From assembly GCA_002269645.1 (NCBI GenBank), contig NIVC01000986.1, positions 328,847-392,846 on the forward strand: a stretch of DNA of 64,000 bases, written 5' to 3'. Made by a program: the position numbers and the translations under genes. Positions within the stretch are counted from its first letter, which is position 1. Each line of letters starts with the position of its first letter. Origin of the DNA: Macrostomum lignano. Its lineage: Eukaryota. A model generated the notes under the pieces. That model saw only the letters and a program-made list of their open reading frames with translations, searched no databases and was not told the origin of the DNA. This document shows, piece by piece, positions 45,510 to 58,692 of the stretch.

Positions 45510-46520
45510 CTAGCCTCTCTATTCCCACTCTTTCTATTAGCCTCTCTATTCCCACTCTTTCTATTAGCCTCTCTATTCCCACTCTTTCTATTAGCCTCTC
45601 TATTCCCACTCTTTCTATTAGCCTCTCTATTCACACTCTTTCTATTAGCCTCTCTATTCACACTCTTTCAATTAGCCTCTCTATTCCTACTCTTTCAATT
45701 AGCCTCTCCATTCCTACTCTTTCTATTAGCCTCTCTATTCACACTCTTTCAATTAGCCTCTCTATTCCTACTCTTTCAATTAGCCTCTCCATTCCCACTC
45801 TTTCTATTAGCCTCTCTATTCCCACTCTTTCTATTAGCGTCTCTATTCCTACTCTTTCAATTAGCCTCTCCATTCCTACTCTTTCTATTAGCCTCTCTAT
45901 TCCCACTCTTTCTATTAGCCTCTCTATTCCTACTCTTTCAATTAGCCTCTCCATTCCCACTCTTTCAATTAGCCTCTCTATTCCCACTCTTTCTATTAGC
46001 GTCTCTATTCCCACTCTTTCAATGAGCCTCTCTATTCCCACTCTTTTAGTTAGCCTCTTTATTCTCGCTCTTTCAATTAGCCACTCTAATCCCAATCTTT
46101 CTATTGGCCTCTCTATTCCCACTCCTCCCATTAGCCTCTTTACTCCCATTCTTTCTATTAGCCTCTCTATTCACACTCTTTCTATTAGCCTCTCTATTCC
46201 CACTCTTTTAATTAGCCACTTCATTCCCACTTTTCCCATTAGCCTCTTTATTCCCACTTTTTCTATTAGCCTCTTTATTCCCACTCTTTCTATTAGCCTC
46301 TTTATTCCCACTTTTCCCATTAGCCTCTCTATTCCCACTCTTTCAATTAGCCTCTCTATTCCCACTCTTTCAATTAGCCACTTCATTCCCACTTTTCCCA
46401 TTAGCCTCTTTATTCTCACTCTTTCTATTAGCCTCTCCATTCCCACTTTTTCTATAGTCTCTTTATTCCCACTCTTCATATTTAGCCTCTTTATTCCCAC
46501 TCTTCATATTTAGCCACTCT
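45510..46520 (+). repeat. 27-bp minisatellite (CTTTCTATTAGCCTCTCTATTCCCACT)
   Basis: Read directly; gives 9-aa periodic pseudo-ORFs. Confidence 0.95.
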
Positions 46521-46747
46521 ATTTCCAGTCTTCATATTCAGCCACTCCATCCCCCCTCTTCATATTTAGCCATTTTTTCACTCTTTAAATTCATATTCCC
46601 ACGTCTAAAGAAACCCAGGCGTCTTCTTTTCTCTATCGTCTCTCTCTTTTCTCCTTAAGAAACGATTGTATCACTGAGCTTGCGTTGCTTTTGCGCAGTG
46701 CGCAATTCCGAAGGCTGAAGAAGTTTGGTTTGTTATTAGCCAAACAC

Positions 46748-48481
46748 GCCTCCCCTGAAGAGAGAATTCGGTCGATACAATATGCCCTGAAAACTACTGA
46801 TTTCCCATGAATCTATGACCCAGCAGAAGTCTAAAAAAGCAATCCTAGAAATCCTATCGCATTGTCTGCACAGTGTACAGGCATGCAATTAGTACAGTGA
46901 CTTTAGTTTATATCGGTGTAGAATGAAGCTAAGCCATTCTGCCAGAGCCTCAGAAGTTGGCCTTCATGGCTGAGAATGGCCTCAGGCCAATCGCACGGAA
47001 TCGAACCAACTATACATGCATAAATTTTCGCAAGAGGCAGCTGCTCAGCCTCTCAATTGCACTCTTGGGCTTCATCAGTTGTTTATTATTAAAGTGCAGC
47101 CGAGCTCTGGCAGCCCATCTCAATTCTGTCCAGCTCTCGGCCTGCCCAGGACAGTGTGGGACTCACATGTAGGCTGATTTTGGATTTCACACGGTTTATC
47201 TGTGCACTGCGGCTGCCTGGCTTTTTTATTGCATTTTGCATTTGGTGACCGGCACTTCAGCATTTCACTGCTGAGATTTGTCAACTCGACAGCTCAGCTT
47301 CTCTACTCTCTATAAGATCCCAGCTCAGATCATGCAGAATCCGCTCAATAAACGCTTGTTTTCTCATGCTTCAAGAAAGCGCTAAACTATCAAAAAAGTG
47401 CAGCTGGCTGTCAGCTCAGCCTCCGCCCGTCATCTCTGAGCACAGAAGCGAAGGTGCAGTGAGGGGGCAGGCAGGGTGCTCAAGCACAATGCAGAGTCTC
47501 CATTGTGCGAGGCTGGGGCTGCAACTCATTCGGGAGCAGCCGCCACTGCAGCCTCAGACAGCTCAGGTTTGCGCTGCTCATCTCGGCAGCCTCATCGCTA
47601 ATTAAATCTATAACCTTCATCTGGAACGGCCCCACCCAGCTCAGCACTCGCAGTGCGACAGTCTGGCGTGATAAAAGGCGGCAAAGAGAAAACTGCTCGA
47701 GTTCGCAATCACCCCATACTGGCCTCTCGAACCACCCAACCCCCCGGCAACTCCTGCCTGCCTGAGATAATAAACAAGTCTAGCTGGAATGCAGCTCCAT
47801 CCAGCTCACTACTCAAAACAGAGACCGAGCTCTGCAGGGAGGCTGGCAGAGCGGTGCGCCGGCCTGAGAATAGCGAGCGAGCAGAGATAATTACTGCTTG
47901 AGGTTAAGCTGGCCTCTCTAAACACCCGCTCCCTACAGCTCAAGACTGCTTTTTGTCATAAATAAGGCATTGTTGCCATGCTTGAATCTCAGAATTTGAT
48001 GGCTCTCAGGCCATTCAGTGCGGCTCAAGCCTGTCTGTTGCTGCTGGCTGCAGGTGGCAGGAATGCGAAATGCAGTGAGCTGCTGCGGCCGAGAGCTGGA
48101 CAGAGTTGAGATGGGCTGCCGGAGCTCGGCTGCACTTTAATAATAAACAACTGATGAAGCCCGAGACTGCAATTGAGGGGCTGAGCAGCTGCCTCTTGCG
48201 AAAATTTATGCATGTATAGTTGGTTCGATTCCGTGCGATTGGCCTGAGGCCATTCTCAGCCATGAAGGCCAACTTCTGAGGCTCTGGCAGAATGGATTAG
48301 TTTCATTCTACACCGATATAAACTAAAGTCACTGTACTAATTGCATGCCTGTACACTGTGCAGACAATGCGATAGGATTTCTAGGATTGCTTTTTTAGAC
48401 TTCTGCTGGGTCATAGATTCATGGGAAATCAGTAGTTTTCAGGGCATATTGTATCGACCGAATTCTCTCTTCAGGGGAGGC
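46748..48481. mobile_element. Fold-back element with ~390-bp TIRs
   Basis: 46748-47141 is the near-perfect reverse complement of 48086-48481; no TSD found. Confidence 0.85.
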
Positions 48482-49082
48482 AGGCAGTATGAGAGGGACT
48501 GCGTAGCAGAGGTGCTCAAAGAATTTCTGTGTCTAACAGGTTTTATTTTCCTGCTATCTTCTGCTCACAAGCCAGAAAGACTTTCTAACTCACTGGCATC
48601 AAAGGGCCCTATTATGAGTGTGAGGCTCACATCTCCAACTCCTCTCTGTACCGCAAATTATTCAAGACAGTGTATTTTATAGTCAAGCAAGCAAACTGGT
48701 TTAGTTGACAAAATGCAGAGCAATGCATAGTTTGAGCGGGGCAGGGTTATCGCTCGAGCAGTTTTTCTGTGTGCTGTTGTTAGGCAACCATATCACCCCC
48801 AAAGCATTGCTGCGAGTCTACTGTGTCACGCGTTCGCAGGCTGCTGGCTTGGCCCTCAAACCTCGGCTTTTGTTATTTGTCTTTTAGTTTAGAGCTGGTC
48901 TGGCTGGATAGCCCCGGTCGAGATGAGAGGAGGCCGTTGTTTGCTTCGATGTAAGCACAATTCCAGTGCTTACACTCTGCCTTTCACGCATAAAAACTCG
49001 TGATACAGACGGCCTCCTATGCATTCCGAGAAATCCTTGTGAGCTTTTTGCAATCTCAAAACTTTCTGCTCGCGCAAAAACG

Positions 49083-50204
49083 ATGAGAACAAAGAATAAC
49101 TTAATATCGCTAGCTGGCGCAGCAGCTGTCTTACTGACTGTAGCATACCTCGTTCGGCGCAGAAATTTCGCTGATTCTGACACACTGCCAGTTCTGAGCG
49201 ATGTGCAGTTGATCAAAAACTGTCCCGCCTACAACGAGCTCCGCAGCGTCGACTTCACGAACCCCAGCCTGCGGCACCGGCTGTGTCAGGAGACGCCGGC
49301 CTATCATTTAGTCAGGGGCAAGTTTCTCCTGTGCGAGCTGAACAGGAACTTACCGCAGCAGATGTACACCATTGTCAGACAAGGGTCTCCTGTGGCCAAT
49401 GTGACCCGAGCGATGGGCGGCGGCCGAATGCCGATATTTACCTTCGGCGCGGAGGACTTCATTTCTGGGGAGATGCTAAAAAAGAACGCCTGGGAAACTG
49501 GCGAAATTCGGACGATGCTCAACCTGTTAAAGCAGTTTCCGACAGACTCGGTAACGTTCCTTGACGTCGGCAGCAACGTCGGCATCTACAGCCTGCAGGC
49601 CAGAGAGCTCGGGTATCCCGTAGTGGCCATCGATGCAAACATTCGTGCATTGGCCAGGTTGCAAATGTCAGCGAAGAGGCTGGATTTGCTTGATGACAAA
49701 CTGAAGCTCTTCTGGGGCTTCATCAGCGACGACGTGGCGGTCAAGCGAATCACTTGGAACGCTGACGATTTTGGTTGCCACGCCGGAAGCGGCTCGGGTG
49801 CAGCGGCTGGCTGGAGACAGAAGGTTACGACAGCAATTGAGGACACTATTCCCGTGATGACGGTCAGGGCGGACGAGCTTCGAGAACACATCAGCACCAA
49901 GAATGTGATCATCAAGATGGATATCGAGTCCGGTGAGCACCTGTTCATGAAGACTGGCGAAAAGCTGTTTAGAGAGCTCAACATCATGGCGCTGCAGATG
50001 GAGTTCTGGCGGAAGCTCACGGAGCCGCCGCAAGCGTCGAAATATTACAACTTTGTGACTCACTTCATGACTTCCAGGAACTTCTCTCTGCTGTCCATGA
50101 GGACCTTCCAAGTGCAGAAAATCACCACATTTGGTGAATGGGACGGAATATGGATTAGAAACGACTTTTTGCCACGAGTTAAGAAAGAGATTCAGATGAT
50201 TTAG
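49083..50204 (+). CDS. FkbM-family (Methyltransf_21) SAM-dependent methyltransferase with N-terminal membrane anchor
   Basis: Intronless intact ORF from MRTKNN; TM helix LAGAAAVLLTVAYLV, FLDVGSNVG, VAIDAN, IKMDIESGE. Confidence 0.85.
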   Translation: MRTKNNLISLAGAAAVLLTVAYLVRRRNFADSDTLPVLSDVQLIKNCPAYNELRSVDFTNPSLRHRLCQETPAYHLVRGKFLLCELNRNLPQQMYTIVRQGSPVANVTRAMGGGRMPIFTFGAEDFISGEMLKKNAWETGEIRTMLNLLKQFPTDSVTFLDVGSNVGIYSLQARELGYPVVAIDANIRALARLQMSAKRLDLLDDKLKLFWGFISDDVAVKRITWNADDFGCHAGSGSGAAAGWRQKVTTAIEDTIPVMTVRADELREHISTKNVIIKMDIESGEHLFMKTGEKLFRELNIMALQMEFWRKLTEPPQASKYYNFVTHFMTSRNFSLLSMRTFQVQKITTFGEWDGIWIRNDFLPRVKKEIQMI

Positions 50205-50310
50205 AGATTTAGAGATTTAGAGATTTAGAGATTTAGAGATTAGAAGATTAGAAGATAGAAGAAAGAAGATTAGAAGATTAGAGGATTTAGAGATTTAGAT
50301 GATTTAGATA
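50198..50310 (+). repeat. 8-bp repeat (GATTTAGA)n, degenerating
   Basis: Read directly. Confidence 0.85.
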
Positions 50311-53300
50311 AGGATGCTCAATGGGCCACTTTTACAGAAAAGTTTTCACTGGGTTTTGCATTGATATCTTGAAAGACTCTTGTGAGTCCCTTTTTATTGC
50401 TACTTTTTTAGTAAATTCGTGTGGGTTAATAACGTAACACGTGTCGTATATGTACGAGCCAGCTTCATATTTGTGCTGCCTGCATCCCTTTTTGGAAAGT
50501 TTCTGCATCAGCTTTCGCCCATCGTGGGATGTCAACTTCCATATTTCCGGACCCGGACACCAATCCTCCACCCCATTTAAAGTTCCTGGATATTTTACTG
50601 CCTGCACCCGCTGCCAAGAGATTTGGAGAAAAAACTTTCCACCACCATTCAGTGAGGTCGATGCACCTCTCGAACATAGTGAGTACTTTCTTCCTTTAAT
50701 TTTTTGTCTTGCCATGTGTTTAAAAAGCAAATGAAGTACAAGCTGAGTACAAATCCATCATGCCAAGCGATGTAACTCAATCCCAGTGTTTTGATAGCTC
50801 AGCTCAATGCAGTTGAAATTAAGTTTGTCTAAGTTGTGTGAATTTTTTACTCAATTAAAGCTGATAAGCTGAATAATTTTTAACGGCCGTGTAATAAAAA
50901 ATTATACTACTTTTTCTATGCTGTGCATAACATAATCGCCCTCCAAAATGAGTTATTAGTTAACCTTAATCCCCGTAAGACATCCTATCCTGCACCAATC
51001 CTGCACGGATTTTGTTATTTTTTTGTTTTTTGTTGCAGCCAAATAAATTTTCTGTTGGCTTTCCAACCCTGAGCAACAGCGGTTTGTTTCACGGCCAGTA
51101 AATTGTGGCTCGTTTTGTTTAACTAAAGCTAATTATATTTTCAACAGATGCTCCAACCTTTGATACCCTTTTCACTGTTTATGATGCAGTTAAGAACTCG
51201 TGTTTTGCGGATCTAATACTCGATATAATTTTTATCTATCTATCTATATGTATCTATTTATTTATCATTAAAATTAATTTAAAAAATCCTGCCAAAATGC
51301 ACCCGTGTATACAGTTTTGCTGGAATATATCACAAATAAGTGCAGCAAAAAGGCTCAGATATCATGATACGGTGATCTTACATCATGATATTCTTAGCCA
51401 AAATGCTGCAACAATAAGCCTCTTCACATTACCAATTACCAATATGAAGAGCCTCAATGTATCTAGTTGGGATTGTTTACGTGGCGTCGTTTTAAAAGTC
51501 TAAATGAAGCATATAATTTTCCTCCAGCATTAGCTTAGTAAGCTCCACTGTAGCACATGGCCTTGTGAATTATATGCTTATCTCGTATGCTTCCTTAAGT
51601 GAAATGCCAAAATGAGCATTATTGTATAAAATGGTGTTGCTTAACTGCATCACTTTTAGCTATAGGGCGCAGATTAATATAAATTTATCACCCGTGTCAG
51701 CAGTTTATACGCGAATTCAGCACAATTTTAGGTACGATCACAACATGCATATCCTGCATGCTGGTTGCTTTTACTGCATGCTGGATACTCGTACATATTG
51801 CCTGCACAATGACAAACAAACTAGTGAAGTATAGTTGTTGTTGTTGGTGGTTTCTTATTTGTCTCAGGTGGCCTAGCCGTAGGTCTTGGAATCCCACCGC
51901 TGCCACCAATGAAGTGGTTGCTTGTACTTTGCTCGATAGCGTCTAGAGGTGTCCTAGCAGATCTTCTGGCTCCTGGTCGGTGACCTCCCGTTGGCGGCTT
52001 CTTAGAAAGTAGTTCTCGTAGCGTCGGTAGTGCTGCCACCAGCTTCACAGAGTCGCAGCCTTCGGTGAGGTGCTGAGCTCGTAGAAGCAAATAACTAAGA
52101 CGAGAGAAAGAGACTCGCACTTCGTGCAGATTTAGCAGTTCCCGCGCAGAGGTGCGCACCGTCAGCAGTCCCTGCCGGCTCGTGCGGGGTGAGAGCGAAA
52201 GTGCTAGCGTCGGGCCATCTGAGCTGGCCTGCTAATTGATAGCAGGAGCAACGGAAGCAGGCACGCGCAAAGTCGGGAGTCTTGGAGTTTAAACTTTAGC
52301 ACAAACTTGGCACACAAACTTAGAGTGTTCGCTAGACGAGGAGAACCGGTTTGGAGCTCTGGAACGGAGGAAACGGGCTAAGGAAAGGCAGAAACGCTTG
52401 TCTGAGCCAAGCCATGAGAGGGGCCGCATTTATAGCGAGGATCGATTGCACCATAGCACGAAAGGCCCCGCTGAGAGTCATAAGTGAGGCTTTTCATATC
52501 ACCGATTCCAGAATCAGAATCGGTTCGAATCTTCCAAGAAAAACAGCAGTATAACTATTTAATTTTGTTGTATGTTTGTCTGTCTTAACAGCCTCACTTT
52601 GCACAATTTTTCGGTTTCTTCTTGGCGATTGTCATACAATAATAAAAACTTTACAGCACGTATCTCCCTCTAGTTCCACCAGTGAACGAGCCGAGCCCGG
52701 CGCCGCCGAAGGCGGCGTCGGGCGAGAGCGAGAGAACCCGAGGCCCCGCCAGGGGCCGAGGGCGAGTGAATAATTTCTACCCATGGCGGCCGAAGGCCGA
52801 CATGGGCTAGAAAGTATTTACCAGTAAATAAGTTAGACTCTAATGCATTTTGAAATTTCACGTTTTTCCGCCAAAAAATGCTCCTGTTTTGCAACCACTG
52901 CACCGATTGAGTTGAGTGAGGTGTCGATCGATAGAAAACTTTTAGATCTATCGAATGAATGTACTTTTAAATGCAGAGATTTTTTAAATGAGCCGTAAAA
53001 TAACTGGAAAGACGATTTTTTCAAAAGTGCTTCTAGGAGATCTCAAAATTCTGGTACACCTTACGAGATACAGCTTCGACATCTGAGGATCAAAGTTGTA
53101 AAACTAAATTTCCTACAAAATGGTATATGGCGCTTTGATTTATTTTGGTATCTTTATGTAGTTTTGGTGGGTTTTTGGGTAAAAAATGACCCTCATATTA
53201 TTATTTCCCCACTTTTTCCTACGAAGCTTTTTGAGTTTCGGCTTCAAAGCAGTGCATTTGGATGCGCAATGCAAATATCTACAAGTGTCTAAAGTTTTGT

Positions 53301-55249
53301 TTTCCTACGCTTCTGCAGTGCTGAGAAAATTGACAAAAATCGATTTTTCAAAAAATCACATGACTTTCGCATTATTGCTCATTATAATTTTGAGAACATG
53401 GTGCGAATAAGCCAATATCGAATTTCTATAGCGTAGTTGCTGTACTATATTGGTGTAAATTGCTGCCGTCTGCTTTCGCTGCTTTCGGATTGAAAAATCG
53501 ATCAGAAATCGATAATTTGTGATTTTTGGCTGATTGGGTGTCAGAAAAATGGGTGATTAAAATTTTAAAAGAATGCTAGATCAAATGCGGATACTGCAAC
53601 GAGTTGTACTAATGTCTGGCTAAAATTTACCAAGTTTTTGAGTGTCTGCAACAAGTGCTCATGTGTCAAAAGTGATTGGAAATCGATCAGAGTAGTGATT
53701 TTTTAATATTTTGCTTGAAATCAGGCAAAATAACGCAATAGGACGACAATATTTTTCTGAAATCTGATTTCCCACATAATGAGGCACATTTGTGTGCAAT
53801 TTCTAGAGATTCGGTTCATTAGGTAAAAAATTATCGATAAAAAACTGAAAACTTGATTTGTGACACTTTTGTTCCTTCCGGGGCTAAATAACCGGGAAAT
53901 GGTAGGAATTTTGCACTGAAACCAATGCACAGTGTTCCAGACAGTTAATGTAACAAATTTATTCAGTTTCATAACCATTCGATGTTTTCTTCAGGTAAAA
54001 AACGCCTTTTTTGCACCAAAATTCATCCGATTAAGCTGCATACCGCTTTGCAAAATTTGCATTTGCATTCGATTGCTTGCACGTTGCATGTCTTTGGCGT
54101 TGGGCTGAGTTAAGCTGGTTAGAAAGGAAAGGAAAGGAAGGAAAAATCGTAGAATGTACACACACTCCCGTCCCTTCTAAGTGGGGGGCTGTGGCGTGAG
54201 GGCTTGGCGGCTTGGTTTGGAGGGCGTGTAATAGAGCTTCATTTGACTCGCGCACAGACCAAGGAAAATTAGATCGATAAACGGGTGGCACGTGATTAGA
54301 ATTTCGTATTAAATTTAGCTCTTTAACTGCACATTTGAATTGCAAGCCCAGTACAAAGTTTGGCGGGGCAAGCTCCAAGTCACTACGTGTACAATCCTCC
54401 CCAGACTAAAAGGCTTATGTCCCTTATGAAGTAGCTATGTACAGTGTTTTGGAATGACTGTATTTATAGCTTTCTTTGCAAAATATAACCCTGCTACGCT
54501 CTGGAGTCATTAGAAATTTTTTTATATCGAGGCCTTCCAAAGCCTATTATAGAAGACTCGATTCCAGCTCATGGCTGCGGGTCAGATGAGAGAGAAAGAG
54601 AATAGAGAAGAGATAAGACTAAAGAGAAGATAAGAGATAAAACGAGAGCTAGAAGCGAAAGGAGAGGAGAGGGGAGACTAGAGAGAGATTAGAGTGGAGA
54701 GAAACAGAACAGACAAAGGGAGAAAATGGGAGAAGTAGAGATTTACATTTTTATTGAGCTTCTCAAAGTTCTTTTTCATCGGTACAAAACTAGGTTTATC
54801 AAGTAGTATGAAGACCCACGTCTAAAAAGAAGCCCGTTCACTGGTGGCAAAAAGACGTGTGCGTCTTCATACTACTTGTTATGGAGACAAAAAGTTATAC
54901 TTCACAAATTGGTTCTGGTTCTGGAACAAGGACAAGCAATATGAAAAGGCCCAGTGACTCTGTTGCTATTTTTAGCAACAAACAAGCGGGCCCTGCCTCA
55001 GAGGAGGCAAGGGGGGGTCTGGGCGCACGTGATCTCCCCATAAACACGAGCCCAGCGTACAATGATGAAATCATTGCACTTTGGACTAAAGAAGGAAGAA
55101 GGCCTTGTCATGTGACTGACTCACATGAGTCAGAAGGCACTCGTGACCGTGGGACCGGAAAACAGAAAGGCATTCCAAATTTGGAGATGCCCAAGAACGA
55201 AACAGAGGCAGGCCAGACCAAGCTGTCTTGGCACTGCAAAAAGGGAAAA

Positions 55250-56150
55250 CGAGACAAAAGGGGGCAAACGAGGACAAACAGACAGACAGACAAACGGGCA
55301 GAGGACAGGCCAGAGGACAGGCGGGGGGGGGGACAGGCAACTGCCCAGCGGCAGACAGAAGCCCGGGGCGAGGGCGAGGGCAACAGCTGACTAGTGCGGC
55401 GCCTAACTAAACTAGCGACTCACTACACTAGTACCGTCTAAATTCAATATTGTAGCCTAATCACAACTGAATAGTATTGCTTTCTATCTCTTCTCTCTAA
55501 ATATAAAATCAAAACTCTGTCTGTCTGTCTGTCTGTGGACAATTTCGATCGCTATGGACTCCCAAACCGCTCAACCAAATTACACCAAACTTTACACCCA
55601 CCCTAAACTTACTACGGAGAATGTCTTAGGCTACCTTTTAATTTCCTAGACTCAAGTCTTCCTACCTAAAAGTACAAAAAACTGCTCAAACGCGATTTTT
55701 TCACTAAATCCTCCATAGCGCCGCCTCCAGTTTTACCAATCCTCTTCAAATTTGACACGAACAATCTTCAACTATTTAGGCACAATCATGTAAACTTTAA
55801 AGTCTCAAAGTTAATCCTAAACAGCGCTGTGCACTTTTAAAGTTAGGCTGCTTTTTTCAGCGAGGCAGCCACCGCAACCTCCGCCCGCCTGCTTCTCTTT
55901 CCCGATCTGGGCCCAGATGTGTATAAGGTTTTCAAAGTTGACTAACTTTCAGCTGCCATAAGTTTGCTCCACGTAAAGCGATTGACTCTAAACTTGACAC
56001 AATACTTCATTGAATCATTCTCTGTCTAAATGTAAAGTTTCAACTCTCTAACTCAATCAGAACAGAAACTGTAAGCATGTGAAGTTTGTCTGCTTTTTCT
56101 GTTGTTTGTGCCACTCACTCACTCATTCCCCCAGAGCCAGACGAAGGATC
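55250..56150 (+). mobile_element. Non-autonomous Helitron/HINE-like fragments
   Basis: (GACA)n followed by GGGCAACAGCTGACTAG|T ending at 55394; second unit with an AT-rich 5' end then (CTGT)n at ~55515. Boundaries uncertain. Confidence 0.4.
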
Positions 56151-56749
56151 AGGCGATAGGACTGAATGTACATAGCAAATGTACAGTGTTTTGGAATAAC
56201 TTTTTTATAGCCTCCTCGCACCCCGAGAGTGGAGAGGCTACGTTTAGCCATAACAGTTTAATTAGTGAGAAATTCTAACCACTGCCCTCCCCTCCTCTGT
56301 ATTGGCAAACTCTGCAGCAGTTTAACAGTGGATGGCAATTGGCAAATCGAGGGAATCCAGCAAAAAAGCGAAAGCGAAAAGCGATTTGTAAAAGCGAAAG
56401 GTTTATGAAAAGGCGATGCGATGCAATGCACAATGCAATACAACCCTACTAAATTAGGCACACCCATGGAAATTTTAGGTTTCTTTTAAAGGTAGTGTGT
56501 AAATTTTAAATGGCCTCCTAAGAAATGCGTATTTCCTTGGTTGTTAGACTGATGCAGACTGCAGTGGAGCTGAAAATATAAAAATTCCTTTCAGGGCTGC
56601 AAATTGGCAAGAAAGATGACGTGATCAAAGCATGAGAACAACGATGAGAGTAGTACGTCCCACAAACTGCCTTTCGAAGCAGGGATCGGCAGACTTTTAC
56701 TTCAAAAGCCAGATAAAGAATCCAGCTTATGTGCGGGCCAGATGAGAGT

Positions 56750-57150
56750 GGAAAGGAGAAGGAATAGACTATTAGAAGAGAGGAGAGGCGAGAGGGGGAT
56801 AAGAGAAAACATGGAAGATAAGAGGAGAGACAAGTGGTGAGGAGAGAGCAGAGAAGAAGGGAGGAAGAAGCGAGAGGAGGGGAGAAAGGAGGGAGAGGAA
56901 AGAGTAAATGTGAGAAGAGGGGAGAGATGAGACAGAGGATCGATGAGAGGAGAGTAAAGAAGAGTGAGAAGAGAGTAGAGATGAGAGAGCAGAAAGAAGA
57001 TGACAGCGGGTCAAGAGGAGAGGAGAGATTAGAGAGGAGAGAGTAGAAAGGATAGAGAAGAGAGGAGATTAGAGGGGGAGAGGAGTGAGAAGAGAAGAGA
57101 TAGAGATAAGAGAGGGGTGTAAGAAGAGGGGAGAAAGGAGAGATGAGATT
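56750..57150 (+). repeat. GA-rich polypurine low-complexity tract
   Basis: Read directly; a similar tract lies at 54580-54740. Confidence 0.9.
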
Positions 57151-57499
57151 AGTAGTAATAGAAAATTACGTCCATACCACATTTTTCAATTGCAAAACAC
57201 GTAATAAGGTACCCGTCAGAAATTTTATTACGCACATACCTTATTTTTCTATTAAAAATCAAGTAGTAAGGTACCGGACCAAATGGTAGAGTATTCTACA
57301 GGAATTTCAACTACACGGCACAGTACCCACAAAGAATTCAAAAGAAGAAAAGATCTCAATTTCGATCAACCAAGCAACTTGTCCAAAAAGATACCGAACC
57401 AAATGGTAGGGTATTCTACAGGACTACTAAGGGCCGGCAGATCCGGGCGTTTTTGGAGGTGGGGTGGGTGTCAACCCACCTCGCTTCTCATTGGCGCGC

Positions 57500-57860
57500 G
57501 CGCCGCAGGCGCGTGGCGCCAAGCGCCAATCAGGCGCCCATGCCGCAGGCGCACTGCACCCTCCCGATATGTGCACCCTCCCGAGCCGCAGGCGACCCTC
57601 CCGATATGTATGCCGCAGGCGCCCATGCCGCAGGGGTACCCTCCCGACATGTATGCGCACTCCCGATATGTACCCCGATATGTATGCCCTCCCTCCAGAG
57701 CAGCAGGCGCCCATGCCGCAGGCGCTCCACTCTCCCAAACCGCAGGCACTCGAGTGTACACTCTCCCAAACCGCAGGCATCCGAGTGTACACTCTCCCAT
57801 GCCGCAGGCACCCCGAGTGTACACTCTCCTCAGTACACTCTCCCCAGTACACTCTCCCGA
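57500..57860 (+). repeat. GC-rich array of GCCGCAGGC and GTGTACACTCTCCC motifs
   Basis: Six exact GCCGCAGGC copies (57502, 57542, 57585, 57612, 57715, 57801) plus partial copies. Confidence 0.9.
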
Positions 57861-58692
57861 TATGTATGCATACACAGATATGTAGTCAATGATATTAGGC
57901 TAGTGAAAACTACTTATAGTAGGTGAAATTGTGTATATTTACATAAAAATAGTAGGCAAAACATATTGGTAGGTGTAAATAATGGTGCATAATGCATATT
58001 AAAATGTACATATTGATGCATATGAGCAGCAAAAAACACACCATGTAGGTGCATATTATATTGACAGAAATAGACAAAGCAGGTACATATCGCATTATTA
58101 GTGTAGTAGGCGCTAATAAAACATAGGCGGAAATACACACAGTATAATGCAGGTGCATACATACACAAAATGTAGGTGCAAATTGAGTATAATACAGGAA
58201 AATTACATAGCATATAATGTAGGCAGATTTTAAACATTTTGCATATTAACCCGCAGGCACAAATTTCAATGCATAGGATAAAATACACACACTGGAAGTT
58301 AAGTATAATACAACATATGCATGCAAAATTAAGCATATAATGTAGGTGCAAAGTAAAATATCCAGCCCAGGATATTCGAGACACGCCCCAGAGCCAGGGC
58401 CGGGGATCCCAATGTACAGTGCGGGCAGAGTAACATAGAGAAATTCAATTCCTCCCCAGGGCCGGGGGATCCCAATGTACAGTGCGGGCAGAGAGGAGTA
58501 ACAGAGACCGCCCCAATGCACAGTGGAGGTAGCAGACCGCATACAAAGAGAATTCTCCCCAGGGGAGCTTCCAAATAGGTTTTATTATCTCAAGTGCCGC
58601 GCAGACAGGGAAAATCACGTACAGGGAGAAAAAACCGCAAACCCCAGTAAACCTCCAGCCGCTCCTCAGTGTTGTTTCATGCCGCCTCCTCC

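Noticed and set aside
45364-46513. IERLIERVG-repeat ORFs
   Set aside because: Translations of the 27-bp minisatellite.
46957-48272. Duplicated MAFMAENGLRP ORFs as genes
   Set aside because: They lie in the inverted arms of the fold-back element, have alternative starts and no recognisable domain.
50332-52159. ORFs 50332-50730 and 51821-52159 as a transposase or host gene
   Set aside because: No recognisable motifs and no element termini that I could define.
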